A DNA stretch of 64,000 bases from an uncultured delta proteobacterium (GCA_963803435.1 CAWDML010000008.1:352001-416000), one strand, 5' to 3'; numbered from the stretch's first letter, positions 1 to 10,770 are shown. Translations and numbers: made by a program. The notes: a model not told the origin generated them from the letters alone.

Positions 1-202
1 CCGGTTTGTCGCGGCCCATCTCGATCCGATGCGCTTCGTAATTGATGCCGATGCACAGGATCTTCCCCGGCTTCTCGACCACCGGGAGATAGCTCAGCTC
101 GCCCAGCGGTATCTCTTCGCCGCTCTCTTCGTCGATCACGGCGTCGCCGCGTACCGTGCCGGACGAGCGTGCGCCGCCCCGCTCGAATCTCACGATTCGC
201 AT
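1..202 (-). CDS. Fumarylacetoacetate hydrolase family protein (N-terminal part, runs off window)
   Basis: Manual translation from ATG at 202: MRIVRFERGG...LPVVEKPGKILCIGINYEAHRIEMG. The KI.C.G.NY..H..E motif is typical of the FAH family. Start overlaps the end of the acyl-CoA dehydrogenase. Confidence 0.85.
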   Translation of the reverse strand, partial: MRIVRFERGGARSSGTVRGDAVIDEESGEEIPLGELSYLPVVEKPGKILCIGINYEAHRIEMGRDKP

Positions 203-1857
203 GCGAGCGCTCTCGAGTCGGCGTCGTGTAGGTCCGACCGAATCCGGTCCACGCCGTGCCTCGCGAATCGGCGGGCGGCGGCGGCGGCGCGCGGACCTTT
301 TCCGCGATCGATCGTCCACTGCGCGTGCCCCACCATCAGCGCCAGCTCCAGGCAACGCCCCAGCGTGAGCGCGAAGCGACGGGCGCCGGCCTCCACCAGC
401 GCCTGCTTCCCGCCGGTCTCCAGGAGCCACGCCTCCGCCCGCTCGAAGCCCTTCTTCGCCACCTCGGCGGGCGCCTTCAGCGACGGATCCTTCGCCGTCG
501 CCAGCAGCCGCTGGGCCTCCGCCTGCAGCGCCTCCGCCGTCCCGTGAACGCCGAGCGCTCGGATGGTGTCGAGCGAGAGCACGTTCGTGGTGCCCTCCCA
601 GATCGGCAGGACCTGAGCGTCGCGCAGGAGCGACGGCAGTCCGGTGTCCTCGACGTATCCGGCGCCGCCGAAGCACTCGAGCGTCTCGGAGGCGATCGCG
701 ACGGCCTGCTTGGCGGTGGTCAGCTTCGCGATGGGCGTGAGGATCCGGATCAGGCGCTCTTCGGACTCGCTGGCCGTCTTCGCCTCGATGCGCCCCATGA
801 GCTGAGCCGTGCGGAACGCCAGGTGGAAGATCGCCTCCTGCTCCGCGGCGAGCTCCGCCAACGTGTCGACGTGCAGCGGCTTCTCTGACAGCGGTGCGCC
901 GAACGCCACCCGCTTCTTGGCGTACGCTCGTGCCAGCGCGAGGCAACGGCGCGCACCCCACGCCGCGGCGATCGAGTTCCAGAGCCGGGTCACGTTGAGC
1001 ATCGAGGCGATGTTGCGGATGCCGTGCTCCGTCCCGCTCACCGGCGTGGCATAGGCGCCGTCGAGCGTCAGCTCCGCGGTGGGCACCTTGCGCGTGCCGA
1101 GCTTGTCCTTGAGCCGGTTGATCAGGATGTGATTGGCGCGCCCGCCTTCATCGCGCATCTCCACATAGAACAGCGCCAGTCCCCGGCCGCCCGGGCCGTT
1201 GCCCTCGGGTCGCCCCAAGGTCAGCGCCATCTCCGAGGTGGTGGCGGACGTGAACCACTTGGTGCCGTACAGGCGCCAGCGTTCGCCCTCGCGCCTCGCC
1301 ACGGTCTCGGAGAGGCCGACGTCGGAGCCGCCGGTCCGCTCCGTCATCCACTGCCCGGACGTCCACATCCGGCTCGGATCGCGCGACGTCAGCCGCGTCA
1401 CCGCCCGCTCGACCAGCTCGGTGTTCCCCAGATCGATCAGCGTGCGCGCCGCGCCGTCCGTCATGGCGAGCGGGCAGGAGTAGATGTCGAGCGAGGCCTG
1501 CACCAGGTAGTTGGCGGCGAGCTGATGGAGCCGGGCGTGCTCGCCGTACTTCTTCTCGTAGGCCGCGGCGATCAGCCCGTGCTCGGCCGTGATCACCTTC
1601 GCCTTGTCCCACACGGGCGTCAGCTCGATGCGATCGATGCGGTTACCCCAGGCGTCCCACTGGACCAGGCGCGGCTCGTTCAACCGATCCGCGAGGCTCT
1701 CGAGGTACATGTCGGCGCCGATCTGTCCGAGGTGGCGAAGCTCTTCGGACAGCTCGCTCGAGACCTCGTGGGGGAGCGCCCGCTCCAAGTACTCACGAAG
1801 CAGCGCATCGTCGTCGTACTGGTTGCCCAGCTGCGGAGGGTCCTGGAAAAACGCCAT
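190..1857 (-). CDS. Acyl-CoA dehydrogenase (AidB-like family)
   Basis: Motifs CPLAMTDGA, GQWMTERTGGSDV, KWFTS, RLKDKLGT, ECFGGAGYVED, IWEGTTNV. Confidence 0.93.
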   Translation of the reverse strand: MAFFQDPPQLGNQYDDDALLREYLERALPHEVSSELSEELRHLGQIGADMYLESLADRLNEPRLVQWDAWGNRIDRIELTPVWDKAKVITAEHGLIAAAYEKKYGEHARLHQLAANYLVQASLDIYSCPLAMTDGAARTLIDLGNTELVERAVTRLTSRDPSRMWTSGQWMTERTGGSDVGLSETVARREGERWRLYGTKWFTSATTSEMALTLGRPEGNGPGGRGLALFYVEMRDEGGRANHILINRLKDKLGTRKVPTAELTLDGAYATPVSGTEHGIRNIASMLNVTRLWNSIAAAWGARRCLALARAYAKKRVAFGAPLSEKPLHVDTLAELAAEQEAIFHLAFRTAQLMGRIEAKTASESEERLIRILTPIAKLTTAKQAVAIASETLECFGGAGYVEDTGLPSLLRDAQVLPIWEGTTNVLSLDTIRALGVHGTAEALQAEAQRLLATAKDPSLKAPAEVAKKGFERAEAWLLETGGKQALVEAGARRFALTLGRCLELALMVGHAQWTIDRGKGPRAAAAARRFARHGVDRIRSDLHDADSRALACES

Positions 1858-1910
1858 TCTGGGTACTTAGCACAACCGGCTGGTCGCGGGTGGTACGATG
1901 AAAAGCGCGC

Positions 1911-4900
1911 ATGCGCGCAGGCTCGACGCTGCTGCTCCTGGCCGCGGTCACCGGGTGCCGCACCCCCGCGACGCCGGCCGTCGACACCTCTCCACCGGTG
2001 AAGTCCGCGCGCGATCTCCCCGAAGCCCTGGCGGCGCGGGGGCGCGGTGTCGAGGTGCTGGCGGAGGAGGCGCTCATCCAGTTCGATGAGGTCGGCCGCA
2101 AGACGTACACGTACCGGATCCGCTACCGGATCCTCGACGAGAGCGCGATCGAGGGATGGTCGGCGATCAGCGCCGACTGGTCGCCCTGGTATCAGGACCG
2201 GCCTGAGCTCTCGGCGGTCGTCGTGAGCCCCGACGGGCAGCGGCGCGAGCTCGACCAGGCGAGCATCGCCGAGCTCCCGGTTGCCTCGGAGCAGCCCGAT
2301 CTCTACTCCGATCGCCGCCGCGTCCGGGCGCCGCTGGCGGGCATCGAGGTCGGCGCCACCGTCTCGCAGGAGACCGTCCAGCACGACCGTCGCGCCTACT
2401 TCGACCAGGGCTCGGTCGGCGTCTTCTACTTCGGGCTCCGCGTGCCCGTGCACGTCTCGACGCTCCATCTGGAGGTTCCGATCGGGGCGCCGTTGCGCTG
2501 GGAGACGCGGGCCATCGAGGTCGAGCCGAACGTCGAGGAGAAGGACGGACGGCGCCGCGTCACGTTCGTGGTGGGGCCGCTCGACCCGATCCGGCCGGCC
2601 GACCGCCTCCTGCCGGCCGAGGTGGCGCGCGCGCCGCACGTGGCGTTCTCGACGGCGCGCTCGTGGGCGGAGGTCGCGGGCCGTTACCATGAGCTGGTCG
2701 AGGAGCGGCTCGAGGGCGCCGACGTTCACGAGCTGGTCGACGGCATTCCCTCGACCCTTCCCCGGAAGACACTGATCGCCGCGCTGCTCGCGCGCCTGCA
2801 CGAGCGCGTCCGGTACACTGGGATCGAGCTCGGACAGCAGGCCATCGTCCCTTGGCGTCCGAACGAGACGCTCGAGCGAAAGTTCGGCGACTGCAAGGAC
2901 AAGGCGGCGCTGCTGGTCGCGATGCTGCGGTCGTTCGACATCCCGGCCGACCTGGCGCTCCTTCGCGCCGGTACCTCCGAGGACGTCGTGCGCGACATGC
3001 CGGGCCTGGAGGGCTTCAACCACGCGATCGTGCACGTCGCCGGGGACGAGCCGCTCTGGATCGACGCGACCGCCGAGTATGCGCCGGTCGGACTGCTGCC
3101 GCCCACGGTCGAGGGTCGCTACGCGCTGGTCGCCGCCGAGGGGACGGAGGACCTGGTGCGCATCCCGGAGTCACGGCCCGACGACAACCACTACCTCGAG
3201 ACGCGCGAGTACTACCTGGCGGACGACGGGCCGATGCGGATCGTCGAGCACACGCAGGCGACCGGCGTCATGCAACTCAAGTTGCGCGAGCAGTTCGACG
3301 TCATCGACGCCAAGTCGGTGCACGACTCCCTCGAGAGCTACGTGAAGAGCGCCTACCGCGCCAAGAACCTCCTCCGCTTCAAGCTCGGCGACGCCCGCGA
3401 CGTCTCCATCCCCTTCTCGATCGATGTCGAGGCCGACGCCGCCGGCGTGGGCTTCACGGCCTCGACCGACGCGTTCGTGCAGCTTCGGAACGGCATCCTC
3501 TTCAGCTTCCTCCCCGACATCCTCCGCTACGCGGCGCTGGCCGGCCCCGACGAGACCGAGGTCGAGCGCATCGTCGCGCGCGACCTGGTCGACCGCCGTC
3601 GCGAGGACCTCGTCTTTCCCGAGCCATACTCCGCCGAGGTGCGCTTCAAGGTCGTCCCGCCCACCGGCTACACCCTGCGAACGCTCCCCGAGGCCAAGCG
3701 CTATCGTCTGGGGCCGGGCGAATACTCGTCGAGCTTCAAGAAGCGCCCCGACGACGTGGTCGAGGCGACCTTCACCTTCACCACCGGGAAGCGGCGCCTC
3801 ACCGCCGACGAGGTCCGCGCCTTCGTCGGCGGCCTCCGCGAGGCGTGGGACCAGCCGATCGTGGCGCTCGAGTTCGACCACCGCGGGTCGCGCCACATGG
3901 CGGAGGGTCGCTTCCGGGAGGGGCTCACCGAGTACCGGCACCTGGTCGAGCTCAACGAGCAGAGCGCGCTGCACCACGCACGGATGGCCGAGGCGCTGCT
4001 GCGCGCCGGGCTGGGCGGGCCGGCGCGGGAAGAGGCGCAGCGTGCGGTCGCGCTCGATCCGAGCTCTCCCAGCGCACACTACACGCTCGGACTCGTGCTG
4101 CAGTGCGACCTGTTCGGCCGACTGCACGCGCCGGGCTTCGATCGTGCCGGCGCGATCGCGGCCTTCGAGAAGGTGAAGGAGCTCGAGCCCGACAACCTGG
4201 ACGCCCGCGTGAAGCTGGCGGTGCTGCTCGAGCACGACGCCCAGGGCGATCGCTACGCCGATCCCGAGGCGCTCGCCCTGGCGATCGAGGAGTACCGGCA
4301 GATCCGGATCCGCGACAAGAACCGCGTCGACGACAACTTCCTGATCGCGCTGTACTGGGCTCGCCGCTTCGACGAGATCGCGCGCCTCGGCCCCGAGATG
4401 AACCCCTCGCCGGTCCGCGACTCGATGCTGCTGGTGGCGCACGCGACCACCGAGGGGGTCGAGTCGGGGCTTCGTGACCTCGAGCGCTCGTCGTTGGCGC
4501 CCGACGCGAGACAGGGCGTGATCGACTCGGCGGTCACGTACCTGGCGCATCTCCGCTTCTATCGCGAGGCGCGCGTGCTCGCAGAGATCGCCGCGCGCGG
4601 CTCCCAGGATCTGGTCGCGTCACAGGCGCGGCTGGCCATGCTGCGCAAGCTCGAAGGCTTCGAAGACCGGCCGCTGCCCGAGACGAACCCGGCCTCCGTG
4701 GTCCAGCGGACCCTGGGCGTGCTCTTCTCGGACGACGCCGACGCGAAGCTGCTCGACTCGCTGCTCGCGCGCGATCTTGCCGGTAAGAACGGCAGCGAAG
4801 CGCTGGAGGGGATGACGCAGGCCTTCACCGCCTTCAAGCGGGCGATCCGTGGCTCGGGCGTGTCGCTCGACATGATCCGCGACAACGTCCTCGTGGGGAC

Positions 4901-6032
4901 CCAGTACGCCACCGAGGGCGACGATCGACTGGGCTATCGCGTTCGCGCCACGCTGGTGGGGCCGAACGGCACCAAGTCGAGCTACTGGTTCGTGGTGCGC
5001 GAGCGCGGCGCCTATCGCCTGCGCGGCTCGGACTCGTCGCCGTACGTGCTGGCGGAGGAGGCCCTGACCCGACTCGAGCAGGGCGACTACGAGCGCGCCG
5101 GTCGATGGCTCGACTGGGCGAAGGAGGTGGTCGGCTATCAGTCGGACGTGGATCCGCTGACGACCCACCCGTTCAGCGCGCTCTGGCGGGGATTGATCCC
5201 CGAGCCGAAGGATCCGGACGAGCGCCGGGCGTTGACCCGCATCGCCGCCGCGTCTCTCGTCGCCGACGGTCCCAACCGCGATCACGCCGTCGAGGTACTC
5301 GAGACCGCCCGCAAGCGGTCGCACACCCCGGGCATCGAGCTCCGGATCGATCAAGCGCTCGCCCGCGCCTACGGCGATCTGGGGGACTGGGAGCGCGCGC
5401 TGGCGGCCGCGCGCCGGCTGCGCAAGCGGAGCAAGGACTCCGAGGGTGCCTACGAGCTCGAGTTCCGCGCGCTCTATCAGCTGGGGCGCTACGCGGAGGC
5501 GAAGGCCCTGGCGGAGCAGCGGCTGGCGTCGCTTCCGAACGACCCCACCGCGATCACCCAGATCTCGGACGTGGAGATCGCCGAGGGTGACTTCGCCGCG
5601 GCCGAGAAGCGCCTCCGTGGCCTGCTCCAGCGCGGGCTCGCCACTCCGGCGACGTACAACAACCTGGCGTGGCTGGGGCTATTTCTCCCCAAGCTCCCCG
5701 ACGATGCGGCCGATCTAGCGCTGCAGGCGAACAATCTGACCCGATTCGCCGAGCCGGGTACGCTCCACACGCTCGCCGCGGTCTACGCCGAGCAGGGCAA
5801 GACGCGCGAGGCGTTCCAGCTGGTGCTCAAGCGGATGGACCTCCGCAACGCCGACGAGCCCGAGGGCGTCGACTGGTATCTGCTCGGCCGGATCATGGAG
5901 CACTACGATCTCGAGGATCTGGCGATGGAGGCCTATCGCAAGGTACCGAAGAGCGAGGGGCGTGCGACCGACTCGACGTACGTGCTCGCGCAACGGCGCC
6001 TCGCCATCCTGGAGAGGAAGAGCGCCGGATGA
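1911..6032 (+). CDS. DUF3857/transglutaminase-like domain lipoprotein with C-terminal TPR repeats
   Basis: Lipobox AVTGC; transglutaminase core GDCKDKA...FNHAIV...WIDAT; several TPR-like helical repeats. Confidence 0.85.
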   Translation: MRAGSTLLLLAAVTGCRTPATPAVDTSPPVKSARDLPEALAARGRGVEVLAEEALIQFDEVGRKTYTYRIRYRILDESAIEGWSAISADWSPWYQDRPELSAVVVSPDGQRRELDQASIAELPVASEQPDLYSDRRRVRAPLAGIEVGATVSQETVQHDRRAYFDQGSVGVFYFGLRVPVHVSTLHLEVPIGAPLRWETRAIEVEPNVEEKDGRRRVTFVVGPLDPIRPADRLLPAEVARAPHVAFSTARSWAEVAGRYHELVEERLEGADVHELVDGIPSTLPRKTLIAALLARLHERVRYTGIELGQQAIVPWRPNETLERKFGDCKDKAALLVAMLRSFDIPADLALLRAGTSEDVVRDMPGLEGFNHAIVHVAGDEPLWIDATAEYAPVGLLPPTVEGRYALVAAEGTEDLVRIPESRPDDNHYLETREYYLADDGPMRIVEHTQATGVMQLKLREQFDVIDAKSVHDSLESYVKSAYRAKNLLRFKLGDARDVSIPFSIDVEADAAGVGFTASTDAFVQLRNGILFSFLPDILRYAALAGPDETEVERIVARDLVDRRREDLVFPEPYSAEVRFKVVPPTGYTLRTLPEAKRYRLGPGEYSSSFKKRPDDVVEATFTFTTGKRRLTADEVRAFVGGLREAWDQPIVALEFDHRGSRHMAEGRFREGLTEYRHLVELNEQSALHHARMAEALLRAGLGGPAREEAQRAVALDPSSPSAHYTLGLVLQCDLFGRLHAPGFDRAGAIAAFEKVKELEPDNLDARVKLAVLLEHDAQGDRYADPEALALAIEEYRQIRIRDKNRVDDNFLIALYWARRFDEIARLGPEMNPSPVRDSMLLVAHATTEGVESGLRDLERSSLAPDARQGVIDSAVTYLAHLRFYREARVLAEIAARGSQDLVASQARLAMLRKLEGFEDRPLPETNPASVVQRTLGVLFSDDADAKLLDSLLARDLAGKNGSEALEGMTQAFTAFKRAIRGSGVSLDMIRDNVLVGTQYATEGDDRLGYRVRATLVGPNGTKSSYWFVVRERGAYRLRGSDSSPYVLAEEALTRLEQGDYERAGRWLDWAKEVVGYQSDVDPLTTHPFSALWRGLIPEPKDPDERRALTRIAAASLVADGPNRDHAVEVLETARKRSHTPGIELRIDQALARAYGDLGDWERALAAARRLRKRSKDSEGAYELEFRALYQLGRYAEAKALAEQRLASLPNDPTAITQISDVEIAEGDFAAAEKRLRGLLQRGLATPATYNNLAWLGLFLPKLPDDAADLALQANNLTRFAEPGTLHTLAAVYAEQGKTREAFQLVLKRMDLRNADEPEGVDWYLLGRIMEHYDLEDLAMEAYRKVPKSEGRATDSTYVLAQRRLAILERKSAG

Positions 6033-6047
6033 CGCTGATCGCCGTGC

Positions 6048-6326
6048 TCAGGCGACAGCTTTGCCTTCGCGACGGGCCACCGCGGTCGCGAAGACGTCGA
6101 GCTGCTCGCACGCCTTGGTGAGGGCGACCAGCGCCTGCTGGAGCTCGTCGTATTCACCGTTGAACTCGGTCTCGAAGTACTTGTTGGCCTTGGCGGCTTC
6201 GATCGTGCCCTTGGCCCGCTTGGCGAGCTGCTCGACCCAGCCGCGCACGACGTCACCCTCGAAGAAGATGCCGTCCGCGCGCTCCATGAGGTCCCTTGCG
6301 TTCACTCTCTGTGTTCTTCCAGCCAT
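6048..6326 (-). CDS. Small hypothetical helical protein
   Basis: 92-aa ORF with strong GAGGAGGAG RBS and typical codon usage. Confidence 0.7.
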   Translation of the reverse strand: MAGRTQRVNARDLMERADGIFFEGDVVRGWVEQLAKRAKGTIEAAKANKYFETEFNGEYDELQQALVALTKACEQLDVFATAVARREGKAVA

Positions 6327-6524
6327 CGATTGCTTTCTCCTCCTCGAAGAGTGGGCCTAGGGTGAGCGCTTCGAGGGTGCGCCGTCAAGGGCTGATGTCT
6401 ATATATGGTAGGCTTCTCGGTAAGAGACCCCCATATCCTGAGTAGGATGCTGTGATCGGATCGCAAACCCTGGCCAATACCGCCAACCGCGCTCCCGTGC
6501 GAAGAAAAGGGCGCCGAGGGATCT

Positions 6525-8426
6525 GTGCCGGAGTCGCTCTCGCTGAAGCTCTCGCTCGATCAGACGAGCCTCCTGCCTGACCAGGTCAATCGCTGCCACC
6601 TGCTGATCGACCTCGTCGCCAGCCCGATGGATCTCGAGGGCGACCGCGCGCCGATGACGATCATGTTCGCGCTCGATCGGAGCTCTTCGATGAAGGGACC
6701 GCCGATCGAGCACATGGCGCAGTCCGTCGATCGCATGGTCGAGCTGCTCGACGAGCGCGATCGCATCGGCATCGTCACCTTCGCCACCACCGCCGGCGTC
6801 GATCTCCCGATCGCGTCTGCGACGGCCGAGACCAAGGCGCGCGTCCGCACCCTGGTCCGCGGGCTGAAGCCCGGCAAGGAGACGCACATGGAGGCCGGCC
6901 TCCAGCTCGGCGCCGAGCTGCTCCTCGCAGAGTCGCCCGATCGCCGGCGCGCGCTCTTCCTCCTCTCCGATGGCGTCCCCAACGTCGGTCGTCGCTGCAC
7001 GCCGATGACGCTCGCCGAGATGGTCCGCCCCTGGCGGGGCGAGATCGCGATCTGGTCCCTCGGCTATGGACCGCACCACCAGGAGGACATCCTGGGCGCG
7101 ATCAGCGATGCGGCCGGCGGTCGCTACCAGTTCATCCCCGAGCCGGAGGTCTGCGAGTACATGTTCGCCAAGGCCGTCGGTGTTCAAGGCGAGATTGTCG
7201 CGGAAGCCGTCGAGCTGAACCTGGTCCCGGCGCCGGGCGTCAAGCTGATCCGCTTTCTCGGCAAGCAGGACGTCCGCGGCTCCGACTCCGGCTGCGTGTT
7301 GTTGCTCCCCGACTTTGTCGCGGAGATGCGGCGGTTGATCGTCGCCGAGATTGAGCTGACGCCGTCGGCCGAGCGCGGGTTGTGGAACGCGGTGGCCGCC
7401 GAGCTCTCCTATCGTCCGCCCGGCAAGGCGTCCAAGAGCCTCCGCCAGTTCACGCCGGTCATGGTGGCCACGACCTCGTCGCAGATGGTGCCCGAGGCCT
7501 CGGTCGGCGTGCTGCTGGCGCGGAGCGATCAGGCGCGCGCCGACGCCCGCTCGCTCGCGGACCGGGGCCGCTTCGAGGAGGCGAAGGCCGTGCTCGAGAC
7601 GCACCGGCGGCTGCTCCTCGAGTGGCCGGGCGTCACCCCCGACGACGGATCGCCGGTCGCGGTGGCGGCGGAGATTCTCCGGGAGGAGTCGATGGCCCTC
7701 GACGGCGGGCCGGGAGCTGACACCTACCGGGCTTACAAGCGGGTTCACTTCGACACCTCGGTGTCGAGCCAGTCCCTCTCTTCCTCCTGGCGGACGTCGG
7801 AGAACAGCTACGTCGATCACGTCGTGCGGGTCGTCGCGGGCGAGTATCCGCCGGCCCGCCTCGAGCAGCTCCTCGGCGAGGAGGCGGGTCGGATCGTCCC
7901 GCTCCGCGCCGAGCAGACCCTGGGGCGCGGCAACGACGCCGACGTCCAGGTGAGGAGCGAGCGCGTCTCCCGCGCGCACGCCGCGATCTTCGCCCAGCGC
8001 GGCCGCTTCTTCGTGATCGACCTCGGTTCGGCGAACGGTACGTGGGTGAATCGGAGGCGGGTGCAGACCAAGGAGCTGGTCCATGATGACGTGATCGGCC
8101 TGGCCTCCGACGTCTCGTTCCGCTTCCTGGAGCGCGTGGACGAGTCCCGCCTGGTCGTGATCGGGCCGAGCAAGGAACCCTACGTGATCGAGCCGGAGCG
8201 GCTGTTCGTCATCGGGAAGAGCAGCGCGTGCAGCATGGTGATCGACGCGCCGGGTGTGGCGCGGCGACACGCCGCCGTGCGCATGGAGACCGGGCGCTAT
8301 CTCCTGGAGGTGTATGCAGGTGCGCCTCCGGCGGAGCGGCGGGGCCGCACGTTCGAGCGCCTCGAGATCGAGGACGGCGACGAGGTCCAGCTGGGCGACG
8401 CGACGCTTCGCTTCGAGCTGAGGTAG
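6525..8426 (+). CDS. VWA domain protein with two C-terminal FHA domains
   Basis: MIDAS DRSSSM...T...LSDG; FHA motifs LGR...VSRAHA...DLGSANGTWVN; a second degenerate FHA (IGK...VARRHA). Confidence 0.85.
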   Translation: MPESLSLKLSLDQTSLLPDQVNRCHLLIDLVASPMDLEGDRAPMTIMFALDRSSSMKGPPIEHMAQSVDRMVELLDERDRIGIVTFATTAGVDLPIASATAETKARVRTLVRGLKPGKETHMEAGLQLGAELLLAESPDRRRALFLLSDGVPNVGRRCTPMTLAEMVRPWRGEIAIWSLGYGPHHQEDILGAISDAAGGRYQFIPEPEVCEYMFAKAVGVQGEIVAEAVELNLVPAPGVKLIRFLGKQDVRGSDSGCVLLLPDFVAEMRRLIVAEIELTPSAERGLWNAVAAELSYRPPGKASKSLRQFTPVMVATTSSQMVPEASVGVLLARSDQARADARSLADRGRFEEAKAVLETHRRLLLEWPGVTPDDGSPVAVAAEILREESMALDGGPGADTYRAYKRVHFDTSVSSQSLSSSWRTSENSYVDHVVRVVAGEYPPARLEQLLGEEAGRIVPLRAEQTLGRGNDADVQVRSERVSRAHAAIFAQRGRFFVIDLGSANGTWVNRRRVQTKELVHDDVIGLASDVSFRFLERVDESRLVVIGPSKEPYVIEPERLFVIGKSSACSMVIDAPGVARRHAAVRMETGRYLLEVYAGAPPAERRGRTFERLEIEDGDEVQLGDATLRFELR

Positions 8427-8474
8427 GGGCGGCGGTCACCTCGGCATGGACTCGCGTCCGTGTACAATGCAGCG

Positions 8475-9242
8475 GTGGGCGTCAGCCGACGCGGTATCAC
8501 GCAAGACCTGAACGATTTCGTGCGGACTTCACTCGATGTCACGGACGTCCAGGTCGTCTTCCAGCCGATCCTCGATCTGCGGACCAAGGACGTGTTCGCC
8601 TACGAGTCCTTGCTCCGCAGCGGTGATCCTCGCTTCTCCGGCCCGCCTGCGCTGATCGAACACGCGATCGCGAATGACTGCTGCGGGGAGCTCGGCCGTC
8701 TGATCCGCCAGCTCGCCACCGCCCGCTGTCCGGTGCATCCGCTCTTCGTCAACATCCATCCCCGCGAGTTCGAGGACGGCTGGCTACTTCGCCCCGACGA
8801 CCCGATCTTCACGCACGACGCGGCGGTGTACCTCGAGATCACCGAGACCGTCCCTATGAGCCACGTCAAGTACTGCCACGGCTCGCTCGAGGAGATCCGC
8901 AGCAAGGGCGTGCGGCTCGCGGTCGACGATCTCGGCGCGGGCTACTCCAACCTCAAGTACATCGCCGATCTCTCCCCCGACATCGTGAAGCTCGACCGGC
9001 AGCTCATCGCGGGCCTCGATCGCGATGGGCGCCTGTTCCGCCTGGTGCGAGCGGTGGTCCGCCTCTGCGAGGATCTGGGGGCCGAGGTGATCGCAGAGGG
9101 CATCGAGACCGAAGGAGAGCTCGAGGCGTCGGCGCGCGCCGGCGTTCACTACGGGCAGGGCTATTTCATCGGACGCCCGCACGAGAAGCCGAGCCCGGCG
9201 ACGGCGATCGATCTGATCATGGTCGACGGCGGCTGGATCTGA
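8475..9242 (+). CDS. Stand-alone EAL domain protein (c-di-GMP phosphodiesterase family)
   Basis: FQPI...YESLLR, LEITE, AVDDLGAGYS, VKLDR, AEGIE, GQGY; start chosen at GTG 6 nt after TACAAT. Confidence 0.88.
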   Translation: MGVSRRGITQDLNDFVRTSLDVTDVQVVFQPILDLRTKDVFAYESLLRSGDPRFSGPPALIEHAIANDCCGELGRLIRQLATARCPVHPLFVNIHPREFEDGWLLRPDDPIFTHDAAVYLEITETVPMSHVKYCHGSLEEIRSKGVRLAVDDLGAGYSNLKYIADLSPDIVKLDRQLIAGLDRDGRLFRLVRAVVRLCEDLGAEVIAEGIETEGELEASARAGVHYGQGYFIGRPHEKPSPATAIDLIMVDGGWI

Positions 9243-9245
9243 GCC

Positions 9246-9713
9246 TCAGCTCTCGACGCGCACCAGCGTGCGCTCCATCCGCACCGCGTCCTCTCGGCCC
9301 TCGTAATAGCCGCGGATGACGGCGACCTCTCGATAGCCCACCGCGCGGTAGAAGGCGCGCGCGCCTCGGTTCTTGCGGCGCACCTCGAGGCGGACGCTCC
9401 CCAGCATCGCGGTCTCCGCCATGCGCTCCAGCCACTCGAGGAGCTTTCTGCCGAGACCCTTCTTTCGGTGGAGGCGGGAGACGGCGAACAGGACCAGGTG
9501 ACCCTCGTCATCGAAGAACTGCATCACCGCGAAACCGACCACCAGACCGTTGGCCCGCGCGACCACCACCTCGGTGTCGCCGCGCTCGATCAGCCGGGCC
9601 ACGGCCGTCGGCCGCCAGCGCCACGTCAGGCCCTCCTCGATGAGGGCACGCGACATGTTGGCGATGCGCCATGCTTCGCCCGTGCGCGCCGGTCCGATCT
9701 GATAATCGGTCAC
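9246..9713 (-). CDS. GNAT N-acetyltransferase (RimI-like)
   Basis: HRKKGLGRKLL, LEVRRKNRGARAFY, GYYEGREDA. Confidence 0.85.
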   Translation of the reverse strand: MTDYQIGPARTGEAWRIANMSRALIEEGLTWRWRPTAVARLIERGDTEVVVARANGLVVGFAVMQFFDDEGHLVLFAVSRLHRKKGLGRKLLEWLERMAETAMLGSVRLEVRRKNRGARAFYRAVGYREVAVIRGYYEGREDAVRMERTLVRVES

Positions 9714-9744
9714 CGTTCGAAGCGTACATGATAGGGAAGGCGGG

Positions 9745-10770
9745 ATGAAAGCGCTCCAGGTCCGCGAGTTCGGACTGTCTCATCTGGAGGAGGTAGAGCG
9801 ACCTGATCCTACGCCGGGCCCGCGCGAGGTTCTGCTCCGCATGCGTGCGGCGTCGATCAATTACCGCGACATCCTCATGATCAGCGGTCTCTACAATCCA
9901 CGTCAGCGACTCCCGTTGATCCCGCTGTCCGACGGCGTGGGCGAAGTGATTGCGGCTGGCCCCGATGTCCAGCGGGTCCAGGTCGGCGATCGCGTCGTCC
10001 CGACGTTCTTCCAGGGCTGGCCGAGCGGTCCGGTGCCGCGACGTTCCGAGCCGCTGCGCACGAGCCTCGGCGGGCCGCTCGACGGCGTGCTCGCCCAGCG
10101 CATGCTCCTCGACGAACAGGGGGTCGTGAAGGCGCCCGCCCACCTCACGGACGCAGAGGCGGCCTGCCTCGCGTGCGCCGGCCTGACGGCCTGGAACGCG
10201 ATCGTGGTCCAGAGCGAGCTGGCGCCGGGCGACACCGTCGTGCTGCAGGGGACCGGCGGCGTCTCGATCTTCGCGTTCCAGTTCGCACAGATGATGGGCT
10301 GCCGGACCATCGTCACCTCGAGCAGCGACGAGAAGCTGGTACGCGCCACCAGTCTCGGGGCCGACGCGACGATCAACTACCGGGCCACTCCCGAGTGGTC
10401 CAAGGAGGTCCTCCGTCTGACCGGCGGTCTCGGCGCGACCCACGTCGTCGACGTCGGCGGCGCCGGGACGATGGCCCAGTCGCTCAAGGCCGTTCATCCG
10501 GGCGGCGGCATCAGCGTGATCGGCGTGCTCGGTGGTACGCAGGGTCCGTTCGACATGATCCCGGTGCTGATGAGGAACCTCCGCCTTCAGGGCGTCTTCG
10601 TCGGAAACCGCGATCAGCTCGAGGCCATGTCCCGCGCGATGTCCCACCATCACATGCATCCGATCGTCGATCGCGTCTTCCCGTTCTCGGAGGCGCGCGC
10701 CGCGCTCGACTACGCCTCGCAGGGCAAGCACTTCGGGAAGGTCTGCATCGATCTCACGACGGCCGGGTGA
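9745..10770 (+). CDS. NAD(P)-dependent alcohol dehydrogenase/quinone oxidoreductase (MDR family)
   Basis: AASINYRD, PLSDGVGEV, QGTGGVS, HFGKVCI. Confidence 0.92.
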   Translation: MKALQVREFGLSHLEEVERPDPTPGPREVLLRMRAASINYRDILMISGLYNPRQRLPLIPLSDGVGEVIAAGPDVQRVQVGDRVVPTFFQGWPSGPVPRRSEPLRTSLGGPLDGVLAQRMLLDEQGVVKAPAHLTDAEAACLACAGLTAWNAIVVQSELAPGDTVVLQGTGGVSIFAFQFAQMMGCRTIVTSSSDEKLVRATSLGADATINYRATPEWSKEVLRLTGGLGATHVVDVGGAGTMAQSLKAVHPGGGISVIGVLGGTQGPFDMIPVLMRNLRLQGVFVGNRDQLEAMSRAMSHHHMHPIVDRVFPFSEARAALDYASQGKHFGKVCIDLTTAG

